A stretch of DNA of 64,000 nt from a virus, in IMG/VR virus record IMGVR_UViG_3300016474_000800, positions 21,141 through 85,140 of that record; one strand, given 5' to 3'. Both the position numbers and the translations under genes were made by a program. The notes below the pieces were generated by a model. That model made no database searches and was not told the DNA's origin. It worked only from the letters and a program-made list of their open reading frames with translations. This document shows, piece after piece, positions 11,991-20,763 of the stretch; the stretch's first letter is position 1, and each line of letters starts with the position of its first letter.

Positions 11991-12353
11991 ATGGAACAAC
12001 TTGGAAAATTTCTTGGGACATTGATGTCTAGTCGAACACAAGCTCATGTATTTCACCTACAGACACAATCCTTCGCTGCACATAAGGCATTGGATGATTA
12101 CTATTCAGGAATCGTAGATCTAATTGATTCGTATGCAGAATTAGCGCAAGGCCGGTATGGAATTATTCGTGGATATGTTATGCAACAACAAATTTTTGAG
12201 GACGATTCTGCTGTAAAGTATTTTGCAGGACTACAAAAATTTGTTGATACAATTCGCACTTCTCTACCACAAGACGGTGAACTTAACAACACTGTTGATG
12301 AAATCTTGGGACTTATCAGTTCAACGTTGTATAAATTGAAGTTCTTACAATGA
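11991..12353 (+). CDS. Dps/ferritin-like four-helix protein (DUF5856-like)
   Basis: HVFHL...AHKALDDYY...DLIDSYAE reproduces the Dps H-x3-D-x10-D-x3-E ferroxidase spacing. Confidence 0.65.
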   Translation: MEQLGKFLGTLMSSRTQAHVFHLQTQSFAAHKALDDYYSGIVDLIDSYAELAQGRYGIIRGYVMQQQIFEDDSAVKYFAGLQKFVDTIRTSLPQDGELNNTVDEILGLISSTLYKLKFLQ

Positions 12354-12682
12354 AGTATAAGGATTTTTTTACAGAGTTAATTTCACAGGGTCGTATGTTT
12401 GATGCGCCCCAAGTGGATTTTGCCAGAAACGGGGATGTAAACACCACTGGATTTGAAGGAACTACTCTGGATGTTAAAGGATATAATCCAGAAGGTTTAA
12501 AACGTATTGAAGAAATAGTAGCGTTACTAGAAAAAAATACACCCACTAGTCCTGACAAGTGGGCAAAGGCAAAGGCAGCAGCACGATCAAAATTTAAAGT
12601 ATACCCATCTGCATATGCAAATTTATGGGCAGCTAAAAAGTATAAGAGTATGGGTGGTGGTTGGAAGAAAGGAAAAAAATGA
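12350..12682 (+). CDS. Small basic phage protein (YPSAYAN motif), putative internal head protein
   Basis: ATGA overlaps at both ends; MKYKDFFTE N-terminus; KFKVYPSAYANLWAAKKYKSMGGGW. Confidence 0.65.
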   Translation: MKYKDFFTELISQGRMFDAPQVDFARNGDVNTTGFEGTTLDVKGYNPEGLKRIEEIVALLEKNTPTSPDKWAKAKAAARSKFKVYPSAYANLWAAKKYKSMGGGWKKGKK

Positions 12683-13005
12683 TTAGTTTATTCAACATTC
12701 TTCAAGAAGTCATGGACGAGATGGACGAAAAATATGAACCAAAGGGTGAACTTGGTAAATGGTTAAAACAAAAATGGGTTGACATTTCCAGAAAAGATAA
12801 AGATGGAAAACACCCACCCTGCGGCGCATCGGCGGGCAAAAAGGAACGTAAGGGTGGTTCCGCCAAATATCCAAAATGTCGGCCCGCTCGCTCCGCGGCA
12901 GCAATGAGTAAGAGTGAAAAACGATCCGCAGTCATACGAAAACGACGAGCAAAAAATACCGGCGGCACACCTAAAATGGTATCAACGTTTAAAGACGAGA
13001 AGTAA
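12679..13005 (+). CDS. Small basic Cys-containing phage protein (DUF5872-like)
   Basis: ATG 12679 overlaps the upstream TGA; MISLFNILQE; WVDIS...PCG...YPKCRP. Confidence 0.65.
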   Translation: MISLFNILQEVMDEMDEKYEPKGELGKWLKQKWVDISRKDKDGKHPPCGASAGKKERKGGSAKYPKCRPARSAAAMSKSEKRSAVIRKRRAKNTGGTPKMVSTFKDEK

Positions 13006-13006
13006 T

Positions 13007-13642
13007 ATGAAAAATTTACACGAAGCCTGTTGGGATGGATATCGACAAGTGGGTATGAAAAATAAGAATGGAAAGATGGTTCCTAATTGTGTACCTATAT
13101 CAGAAGTCAAAGATGGGTTGTCTAAGGGCATGACCGCAGATACTATCGCACAAAAACACGGGGTATCGGTTGGCGACATTAAAACACAATTAAAAATGGG
13201 TATTAAGGTTGAAAAAGAACACACCGACAGTCACCGTCAGGCGGCAAGAATTGCAATGGATCATTTGGTAGAAGATCCAAAATACTATAGTAAATTACAA
13301 CATATGGAACAGAACGAAGATACTGATCAGTTAGGAGAAGGAGAATACTGTCAGGCATGTTTGGCTAAATATATTGTTGCGCACATGAAGGGTTTAATGG
13401 AAGCAGAATACCAAGGACGGAGTGTTAAACTTGGTAAACCCATGCGTGGCGACGTAAAAAAATTCAAAGTGTTTGTGAAAGATCCTAAATCCGGAAATGT
13501 CAAAAAAGTCAATTTTGGTGATCCGAATATGAGAATCAAAAAGTCCAATCCCGCGAGACGAAGATCTTTTAGAGCACGGCACAATTGTGCAAACCCTGGC
13601 CCTCGTACTAAAGCGAGATATTGGAGCTGTAGAAAATGGTAA
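13007..13642 (+). CDS. Modular head-region protein (CWDGY module + DUF5661-like + DUF6321-like)
   Basis: ATG 13007 follows the upstream stop; CWDGYRQVGMK...VPNCVP; MGIKVEKEH...IAMDHLVEDPKYY; VNFGDPNM...SFRARHNC...YWSC. Confidence 0.7.
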   Translation: MKNLHEACWDGYRQVGMKNKNGKMVPNCVPISEVKDGLSKGMTADTIAQKHGVSVGDIKTQLKMGIKVEKEHTDSHRQAARIAMDHLVEDPKYYSKLQHMEQNEDTDQLGEGEYCQACLAKYIVAHMKGLMEAEYQGRSVKLGKPMRGDVKKFKVFVKDPKSGNVKKVNFGDPNMRIKKSNPARRRSFRARHNCANPGPRTKARYWSCRKW

Positions 13643-14526
13643 AACTTAAAGAACTAATATTTGAAAATGGATCTGTAGAATTTTTGACAGAAAATCCAAT
13701 TAAATCAATAACTCAAGGATTGCATACACGAAAAATTATAAAGAGTCTAACACCGGATGAAAAAAAGGTTCTTGGTCAATTTGTGCGAGACAAGGACTTT
13801 ATTGAACGTGCTAGAGTATTTCACACTTCTGACCCCAACTATCGTAAAGGTGCAAGAAATAGCATGGCAAAATACGTCCGGGATAGACTTGAAGATCCCA
13901 ATTTGGCAGACAAAATTGTACAGATAACACAAGACCCAAAATTTGACGTTGCACGTAACAGAGTAATGACAAAGTTATTGGTTCCAAAAACTGAATTACC
14001 AAAAACAGATGAACCATTGTCACTAACTGTTAAAGGACAAAAAGCAGCTGCCGCGGCAGAAAAACGAAAAGCAAATTATGAAAAGCAAGAAAGAGAACGC
14101 CAGGATAAATTTAAACAATCCCAACTTTCACGGGCAAAATTAGAAAAGTGGACTATTTCAACTAAAATAAAAAATCCAAAAACCGGAAGAATGGTTCAGA
14201 TCCGTAGCGCACTACAAACTGATCCGGATTCTCAATTGTATAAACTTGCATTTCAACAATATGCTACACAAACAAAGGCATTGGGGTTACCAGAACCAAA
14301 ACCAACAACTAAACTCGCGTATAACATGAGTCGGACACTATCTGGTACTAAATCTTCAAGTACACCATCATTAAGACCTGTCGATGCCGATAGTCTTGAC
14401 GATTATAGTGATGACGATTATAGTTTTAGCAATTATAGTGACGACGATGATAGTGATGATAGCAGTTTTGGTGGGTTTGGCGGAGGTGGTGGATTTTCTG
14501 GAGGTGGTGGTGGTATATCATTCTAA
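13636..14526 (+). CDS. Hypothetical protein with NPKT module and acidic/Gly-rich tail
   Basis: MVKLKELIFE N-terminus; KIKNPKTG module; DDYSDDD...GGFGGGGGFSGGGGG C-terminus. Confidence 0.7.
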   Translation: MVKLKELIFENGSVEFLTENPIKSITQGLHTRKIIKSLTPDEKKVLGQFVRDKDFIERARVFHTSDPNYRKGARNSMAKYVRDRLEDPNLADKIVQITQDPKFDVARNRVMTKLLVPKTELPKTDEPLSLTVKGQKAAAAAEKRKANYEKQERERQDKFKQSQLSRAKLEKWTISTKIKNPKTGRMVQIRSALQTDPDSQLYKLAFQQYATQTKALGLPEPKPTTKLAYNMSRTLSGTKSSSTPSLRPVDADSLDDYSDDDYSFSNYSDDDDSDDSSFGGFGGGGGFSGGGGGISF

Positions 14527-14566
14527 TAGTAACAACAATTATTACACTATGTATAGAGGTATTTAA

Positions 14567-14908
14567 ATGAGTAAGACTACTTCGTTAAAGACATTACTCC
14601 GCGAAGGAGTAGAAAACAGAATCAATTTGATGAAGATCAATACGATTTTGGAAAAGATCATGACCGAATTAACAGATAAAGAAACCAAAAAGTTAACTGA
14701 GGTTTGTGGTGAATTTTCACAAATGGTTAATTCACTGAATACATTACCATATACTATGTTTAACATGAGAGAATGGCAAGTATTATTGGTCGCAACTCAC
14801 TTAAAATTACATGAAATAAAAGAAGAAGTCACAAAAATTGCCGACAAGGAATCCAAAATAAATTTTGTTCCCTTGATTAAGGCACTAGACGAAGTGTTAT
14901 TAAACTAA
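14567..14908 (+). CDS. Hypothetical helical protein
   Basis: GAGGT RBS; fills the gap before the portal gene; MSKTTSLKTLLRE. Confidence 0.65.
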   Translation: MSKTTSLKTLLREGVENRINLMKINTILEKIMTELTDKETKKLTEVCGEFSQMVNSLNTLPYTMFNMREWQVLLVATHLKLHEIKEEVTKIADKESKINFVPLIKALDEVLLN

Positions 14909-14919
14909 CGTGAGGATGT

Positions 14920-16764
14920 ATGGCAGATTCATCAATATTTGGTAAGTTACGAAAACTTTTTTCTACGAATACAATTGTTAGAAACATCGGTGGTAAGCGA
15001 TTAAAAATTGCAGACACCGATCAAATTCAATCATTTGTAAACAGACGAGGTATTGACCGGTACCACCGTGTATATCAATCCGGTACGGGTGGGTATGGGT
15101 CGTCGCACGGTAGATATGAATCGGCAGCGGCATTTCAAGGGGCACGATTACAACTATTCAGAGACTATGACATGATGGATAATGATCCCGTTGTGTCATC
15201 TGTGTTGGATATCTATGCAGACGAAAGTACTGTCAAAGACGAATTTGGCAGAGTGTTAACTATTAAGACAAATGATACACGTATTCAAGAAATTTTAGAA
15301 AATCTGTTTTATGATATTTTGAATATTGAGTTTAATCTACAAATGTGGATTCGAAGTGCGGCAAAATATGGAGACTTTTTTCTATATCTAGATATCGACC
15401 CGGAGTATGGAATTGTCAATGTTATACCGTTGTCGGTGTACGAAACCATTCGTGTCGAAGGAGAAGATCCACAAAATCCATTCTCTGTACGATTTTCTGT
15501 TGAAAACGATTTCCTAAATCTTGGGAAAAAAGAATTTGATAATTATGAAATTGCACATTTTCGTATGATTGCCGATACAAACTTCCTTCCATATGGAAAG
15601 GCGTTAATTGAAGGTGGTCGTAGAACATGGAAACAATTACAACTGATGGAAGATGCAATGTTGGTGCATAGAATTATGCGAGCAGCCGACAAACGTAAGT
15701 TTAAGATTGATGTGGGGAACATTCCACCAAATGAAATTGATACGTATATGAATCGTATCATTGATAAGACCAAAAAAATACCATTGATGGACCCAAAAAC
15801 CGGAGATTATAATCTACGGTATAATATGCAAAACATTACGGAAGATTTCTACCTTCCAGTCCGCGGCCGAGATAGTGGTACAGATATTGAAACCATGCAA
15901 GGGTTACAATTTAACGCGATTGAAGACATTGAATATCTTCTTAAGAAACAACTTGCTGCGTTTAAAGTGCCAAAGTCGTTTATTGGATATGAAGAAGATA
16001 TTAACGGAAAGGCTACCCTTGCTGCACAAGATGTACGATTTGCACGTACTATTGAACGTATTCAACGTATTTTCGTTTCTGAATTAACCAAACTAGCAAT
16101 TATTCACTTGTATGTACAAGGATTTACTGATGAAAGTTTGGTAAATTTTGAGTTATCATTAACCAACCCATCAACTCTCTACGAACAAGAAAAAATTAAT
16201 TTGTGGAAAGAAAAATTTGCCCTCGCACAACAGATGACGGGTGGGCAGGCAATTCTACTATCACAAGATTGGGTGTACGATAATATTCTTGAACTATCCG
16301 AAGAAGAAATTAGCGAAGAACGAAAGAGAATAATGGAAGATATACAACGTCAACAACAACAGCAACAACTCGCACAACCACCAATGCCAGGCGCTCCAGA
16401 CGGATCTTCCGATACTCCCCCCGAAGGAACACCGCCGGATGGTGGTGAACAATTACCTGTTGGTGAGGAACCGTCAGACGAAGAGCAACAGATTGATGAC
16501 GTAGATCAGATATTGCAAAATTTGGAACAACTAAACGACGAAGAAGAGTCCGAATTGGACGAATATTTGGTAAAAAACAAAGGAGGTCGTCCCCGCGAAG
16601 GATTGAAGTTTGGAACAGATAAACATCCACTTGGCCGCGATCCGCTAGGGCATAAAGAAAATACTAAACAATTTAGACGTTCATTGTCAACAGAAATGAC
16701 CACGTTTGTCAATCAGTTAAAAAATAAACGTACGTCCAAGTACCAGAAAATGATACTAGATTGA
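14920..16764 (+). CDS. gp20: Portal protein (T4 gp20-like)
   Basis: QLQLMEDAMLVHRIMRA..RKFKIDVGNIP, EDFYLPVRG...TDIETMQG, AAQDVRFARTIERIQ; long acidic C-terminal tail. Confidence 0.95.
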   Translation: MADSSIFGKLRKLFSTNTIVRNIGGKRLKIADTDQIQSFVNRRGIDRYHRVYQSGTGGYGSSHGRYESAAAFQGARLQLFRDYDMMDNDPVVSSVLDIYADESTVKDEFGRVLTIKTNDTRIQEILENLFYDILNIEFNLQMWIRSAAKYGDFFLYLDIDPEYGIVNVIPLSVYETIRVEGEDPQNPFSVRFSVENDFLNLGKKEFDNYEIAHFRMIADTNFLPYGKALIEGGRRTWKQLQLMEDAMLVHRIMRAADKRKFKIDVGNIPPNEIDTYMNRIIDKTKKIPLMDPKTGDYNLRYNMQNITEDFYLPVRGRDSGTDIETMQGLQFNAIEDIEYLLKKQLAAFKVPKSFIGYEEDINGKATLAAQDVRFARTIERIQRIFVSELTKLAIIHLYVQGFTDESLVNFELSLTNPSTLYEQEKINLWKEKFALAQQMTGGQAILLSQDWVYDNILELSEEEISEERKRIMEDIQRQQQQQQLAQPPMPGAPDGSSDTPPEGTPPDGGEQLPVGEEPSDEEQQIDDVDQILQNLEQLNDEEESELDEYLVKNKGGRPREGLKFGTDKHPLGRDPLGHKENTKQFRRSLSTEMTTFVNQLKNKRTSKYQKMILD

Positions 16765-16819
16765 TGATGGTTGATATTTACTTATAAGGGATTGTTTACT
16801 CGTATAATACGGATAACAT

Positions 16820-17686
16820 ATGAACATAAAACACAACAAATTACGAAACACCGGCATACTATTTGAATTACTCGTCAGGAAGGTCGTTTCAGACGGACTG
16901 GACGGGAAATCTGATAGTTTTGCGGTGAGTATTATGAAAGAACATTTCCACTCAAAAACAGAGTTAGGAAAAGAGTTACAACTCTACCGTGCGTTTTTTA
17001 ACACACAACAATTGTCTGAAGCAAAGGCGTTTAACGTGTTGGAGTTAATCTTACAAAAACGTAAACTGTTAAATGAAGTTACTTTAAATACTCAAAAATA
17101 TTTGTTGATTAAAGAAATCAAGAAACACTGTGACCTAAAACAGTTTATGACCGGTCGAGTACCCTCGTACAAGGTCTACGCGTCCCTCTACAAACTATTT
17201 GAATCGACGATTAAAGACTCAGACTACACAGACATCAATGATGTTATTTCTTCACGATTTGTGGTTGTAGAACACTTGAAGGGAACATTAAAAGAACAAA
17301 ATATTATTAAAGAAAATTCGTACGCAGACGCTCTAAAACACCAGACACAAGAGTTTAGATATTTATCGTATCGTATTTTACTTGAAAAGTTTAACGAAAA
17401 ATACAGCGTATTTAATGAAAAACAGAAAAAACTGTTGCGTGAATATATCAATAACAAGTTTGACGTTGATACTTTTTCAAAATACATGGTCGCTGAGGCA
17501 ATCGTTCTTGTTCAACAATTGAAAAAACATTCTCATAAAATCAAAAACGAAGTAACACGTATTAAGTTGAATGAAGTTGTTACTCAATTAAACATGATTG
17601 CGAAAAAAGGAATTGTAAAAGAAAACTATATAACGTCTTTGTTGATTGCATATGAAATTTCCAACGAACTTGAGACTTTGAGTTAA
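16820..17686 (+). CDS. Head-assembly-region protein of unknown function
   Basis: 288-aa ORF with native composition between the portal and protease genes. Confidence 0.7.
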   Translation: MNIKHNKLRNTGILFELLVRKVVSDGLDGKSDSFAVSIMKEHFHSKTELGKELQLYRAFFNTQQLSEAKAFNVLELILQKRKLLNEVTLNTQKYLLIKEIKKHCDLKQFMTGRVPSYKVYASLYKLFESTIKDSDYTDINDVISSRFVVVEHLKGTLKEQNIIKENSYADALKHQTQEFRYLSYRILLEKFNEKYSVFNEKQKKLLREYINNKFDVDTFSKYMVAEAIVLVQQLKKHSHKIKNEVTRIKLNEVVTQLNMIAKKGIVKENYITSLLIAYEISNELETLS

Positions 17687-17688
17687 TT

Positions 17689-18153
17689 ATGATAAACGAA
17701 GATAGATTACGTGAATTGATTAAAAGTATGATTGGTCCGGTGTTGGATGAAATGTCATCAACCGATAATGTGGCGGGATATTCTACCCCCTATGCCTTTA
17801 CGGGAGACAAACGTACTAATCGTGACCGTATTGTCGCAGTCGCCAAGTCTATTGGTTATTCTTTAACCAAACGTGGAAAACAAGATACAAAACCCGGCGA
17901 CAAACTCGACGAAAATTATTATGCGTATAGAAATGACCCTAGTCGGGCTCCGCATCGAAAAATCGGAGAAGCAATTGCAGAAGTCCAGCGACAACTACAG
18001 TTGGTCGAAAAAATCATTCGAATGAACAGTCGATTGAAAAAAGAATACAAGATTACAAACGAACAACTGTGGAAACGTACAACACACAAGATGTCTAAGT
18101 TAGAAGGTAAATTGATGGAACTTGCGGGTAAGCTCCGTGAAATGAGAGGGTAA
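17689..18153 (+). CDS. Hypothetical protein, putative prohead-core/internal protein
   Basis: Tight packing; VLDE followed by NVAGYSTPYAF; C-terminal coiled coil. Confidence 0.65.
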   Translation: MINEDRLRELIKSMIGPVLDEMSSTDNVAGYSTPYAFTGDKRTNRDRIVAVAKSIGYSLTKRGKQDTKPGDKLDENYYAYRNDPSRAPHRKIGEAIAEVQRQLQLVEKIIRMNSRLKKEYKITNEQLWKRTTHKMSKLEGKLMELAGKLREMRG

Positions 18154-18157
18154 AATT

Positions 18158-18889
18158 ATGAAACTGACTCAATTACGTGACTTGATTCGTGAAATGATCA
18201 ATTTTGAACTAGATGAAGAATCCAAAGCGGCGCGAGATGCAAAAGCGCAAGGGTTGGAATATTTTGGATTTGGCAGATATGGAAAAAATGGTCAAGTAAC
18301 TCATATATCACAAAATGGAAACTTGGTTGCAAAAAAACAGTTTACACCATCCGGCCCAAACAGAGCAAAAATAGGAAAAAACGCCACAAAAACTGCGCGT
18401 AAAAGTACATCGCCAGTGTCACGATTTAATACTTCTATTGTAGATTACGACCCAGAAACAAATCGTCTTCGTTCACAAACGGCAGGTGACAACCGTGATT
18501 TTCAACGAAATAGAACTAAGTTACGAACCGTTACCGGAACTACAAACTTTGATGATCCTTTGTTAAAGGGAAAGGGATTTACGTCACGTGGAGACATGGG
18601 CCATACCGACGTACACACAACTAGAAATAGTCCATTTTCAAGAAGTGCAGGTCGAGCAAGAGATCAGATTGCAGATAAAGCTACAAAAGCATTTCCACAA
18701 GGAACAGAACGTGGGACAAAAATGTCAATAGAAGATTTCCAGAAAAAAACAGGAATCACTAATGCTGAACTTAAATTTTCACAAGTGTGGAACAAAAAAT
18801 ACGGTGAAAGTTATAGTAGAACTGGATTTACTATACAACCAGATAAAGCTGGGGTCAATCGCGGCCATGTAATTTACACAGGTCAATAA
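18158..18889 (+). CDS. Basic protein with GLxYxxFGRxG N-terminal module, putative internal head protein
   Basis: MKLTQLRDLIRE then AKAQGLEYFGFGRYGKNGQVTH, a module shared with the HD protein at 24176. Confidence 0.7.
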   Translation: MKLTQLRDLIREMINFELDEESKAARDAKAQGLEYFGFGRYGKNGQVTHISQNGNLVAKKQFTPSGPNRAKIGKNATKTARKSTSPVSRFNTSIVDYDPETNRLRSQTAGDNRDFQRNRTKLRTVTGTTNFDDPLLKGKGFTSRGDMGHTDVHTTRNSPFSRSAGRARDQIADKATKAFPQGTERGTKMSIEDFQKKTGITNAELKFSQVWNKKYGESYSRTGFTIQPDKAGVNRGHVIYTGQ

Positions 18890-18905
18890 TTAAAAAGGAA
18901 CTATT

Positions 18906-19490
18906 ATGGCACTTCTTTGCGAATATACAGAATTACACTACGATAGAAGTATCTTGACTGAAGCAATTGACGGAAGTAAACCGTTAGTGCTACGCAATGT
19001 AGTACTACAACGTGCAATTGCAAAAAATCAAAACGGTCGAGTGTATCCAAGAGAAGTATTAATGCGCGAAGCGGCGGTCTATAAGAAAAACTTTGTAGAC
19101 AGTCGTCGCGCATTGGGTGAACTTGATCATCCCGAAAGTCCGGTGGTAAACTTGAAGAACGTATGTTGTAACGTGGTCGGGTTGTGGACGGAGGGAGATG
19201 ATGTCCGAGGCGATATTGAAATTTTGACAACACCAACGGGAAATATTGTACGAGAACTTATTAGAAACAATATTCGTCTTGGTGTATCTTCGCGGGGTAT
19301 GGGATCGGTTAAACCGATGGGAGAAAATACAGTTGAAGTACAAGAAGATTTTTCATTAATCTGTTTTGACATCGTGTCAAATCCATCAACAATTGGGGCA
19401 TTTATTAATGAAAACACATCCCAATCAATTGTTAATCCATACGAAACAATTGATAAACTTGTTCATGACTTTTTAAGCGAAATTAAGTAA
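18906..19490 (+). CDS. gp21: Prohead core protease (T4 gp21-like)
   Basis: NQNGRVYP, ALGELDHP (catalytic His), GVSSRGMGS (catalytic Ser), FDIVSNPS. Confidence 0.95.
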   Translation: MALLCEYTELHYDRSILTEAIDGSKPLVLRNVVLQRAIAKNQNGRVYPREVLMREAAVYKKNFVDSRRALGELDHPESPVVNLKNVCCNVVGLWTEGDDVRGDIEILTTPTGNIVRELIRNNIRLGVSSRGMGSVKPMGENTVEVQEDFSLICFDIVSNPSTIGAFINENTSQSIVNPYETIDKLVHDFLSEIK

Positions 19491-19491
19491 T

Positions 19492-19692
19492 ATGAAAGTG
19501 ACGGAACATATTCTGCAAGAAATTATCAAAACTCAACATCCAAGAAAGATTGACGGAATTGCGGTTGATATGTTCACTGCAAATATGTTAACGACGGTGT
19601 TGAATAAGTTGACTGAAGAAAACAAAAAAAAATTGTTGAGTCGGCCAATTAATGAAATGGTCATGTTAGCTTACAAAATTATCACACAATAA
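19492..19692 (+). CDS. Small hypothetical protein
   Basis: 66 aa, packed between protease and HAD genes; MKVTEHILQE. Confidence 0.6.
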   Translation: MKVTEHILQEIIKTQHPRKIDGIAVDMFTANMLTTVLNKLTEENKKKLLSRPINEMVMLAYKIITQ

Positions 19693-19694
19693 TC

Positions 19695-20417
19695 ATGTCA
19701 AATACTGCAAAAAAGACATTGTTTGTCAGTGATTTTGATGACACACTGGCACAAACCGACGCAAATGTGTATGTCACTAATAAAGGAACCCGAACAAAAT
19801 TATCTCCCGCTGAATTTGCAGTGTATACTGCACAACACGGTGACGAATTTGATTTTTCTGAATTTGACAAGTTAATCAATCCGCGTCCCATTGAACGGTT
19901 TGTTCGTTTGTTAAAGTTAGCACAGTCTGGTAAGGCAGATAAAGTTGTCGTATTAACTGCACGTGGGCATACACTACCCGTTGTGCAGTTTTTACGTATG
20001 CAAGGAATTACTTCCGGCGTATCAATCGCCGCACTTGGTGATGCAAACCCACAAAAGAAAGCAGACTACATTCAAAAAAATATTGATAGAGATGGATATA
20101 CGCGAGTTGCATTTATTGACGATTCACCAAAAAATGTTGATGCAGTTAAGAAACTTCGCGAAAAAAATCCAAATGTTCGTATTCTTGTTCATCACGCAAA
20201 AGAACACCCAACTGAACAACCAGCAGTCTCTACCGACAAGAGAGCATCGTTGAAACAATTATTACAAACAAAAATACGTAATCCAAAAACTAACAATGAC
20301 ATTCTTATCAAAACCGCACTCGCATATGATAAGAATCACCCGGTGCACATTCAAGCCATAAAAACAATTAGTGCACACACGCAACACCACAACATACGTT
20401 TGAAAAAGAATCAATAG
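19695..20417 (+). CDS. HAD-superfamily phosphatase with C-terminal NPKT module
   Basis: Motif I FVSDFDDTL, motif II VLTARG, motif IV FIDDSPKN. Confidence 0.85.
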   Translation: MSNTAKKTLFVSDFDDTLAQTDANVYVTNKGTRTKLSPAEFAVYTAQHGDEFDFSEFDKLINPRPIERFVRLLKLAQSGKADKVVVLTARGHTLPVVQFLRMQGITSGVSIAALGDANPQKKADYIQKNIDRDGYTRVAFIDDSPKNVDAVKKLREKNPNVRILVHHAKEHPTEQPAVSTDKRASLKQLLQTKIRNPKTNNDILIKTALAYDKNHPVHIQAIKTISAHTQHHNIRLKKNQ

Positions 20418-20425
20418 GAGGATTC

Positions 20426-20641
20426 ATGCACGTAAAGGTAAACGAAGGGAAGGATGATTTACAAAAGTCTATAAAACAATTTACAAAGTTAGTTAAGAAA
20501 TCGGAACTTATGCAAGAATTGCGAAACCGAGAATTTTTTTTGAAACCGTCGAAGAAGCGGGCATTCAAACGTCAAGAAGCACTACGTAGAAAAAAGAGAG
20601 AAGAACGACGAATTCAGAGACAATTAAAATACAATATATAA
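20426..20641 (+). CDS. rpsU: Phage-encoded 30S ribosomal protein bS21
   Basis: 71 aa; IKQFTKLVKKSELMQELRNREFFLKPSKKR...EALRR matches the bS21 pattern; AGGAGG RBS at 20416-20421. Confidence 0.9.
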   Translation: MHVKVNEGKDDLQKSIKQFTKLVKKSELMQELRNREFFLKPSKKRAFKRQEALRRKKREERRIQRQLKYNI

Positions 20642-20763
20642 CGTTTGGAAAACGACAATATATGTATAATAGTGAAACACTAATTTAATATTGGTGTCAC
20701 TTATCTTATTTGACACAATATCAGATACTAATATCTGTTTTACATCACACAGGAGTAGTGTAA

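Noticed and set aside
12661-12914. ORF-track starts at 4639, 8412, 12661, 12914, 24161, 24835, 54417 and 57489
   Set aside because: Downstream ATGs have better RBS support or stop-start coupling and avoid long overlaps; corrected starts are used.
16771-16808. Sigma70 promoter (TATAAT at 16803; also at 20665)
   Set aside because: No -35 element at 16-18 nt spacing and no TGn extension.
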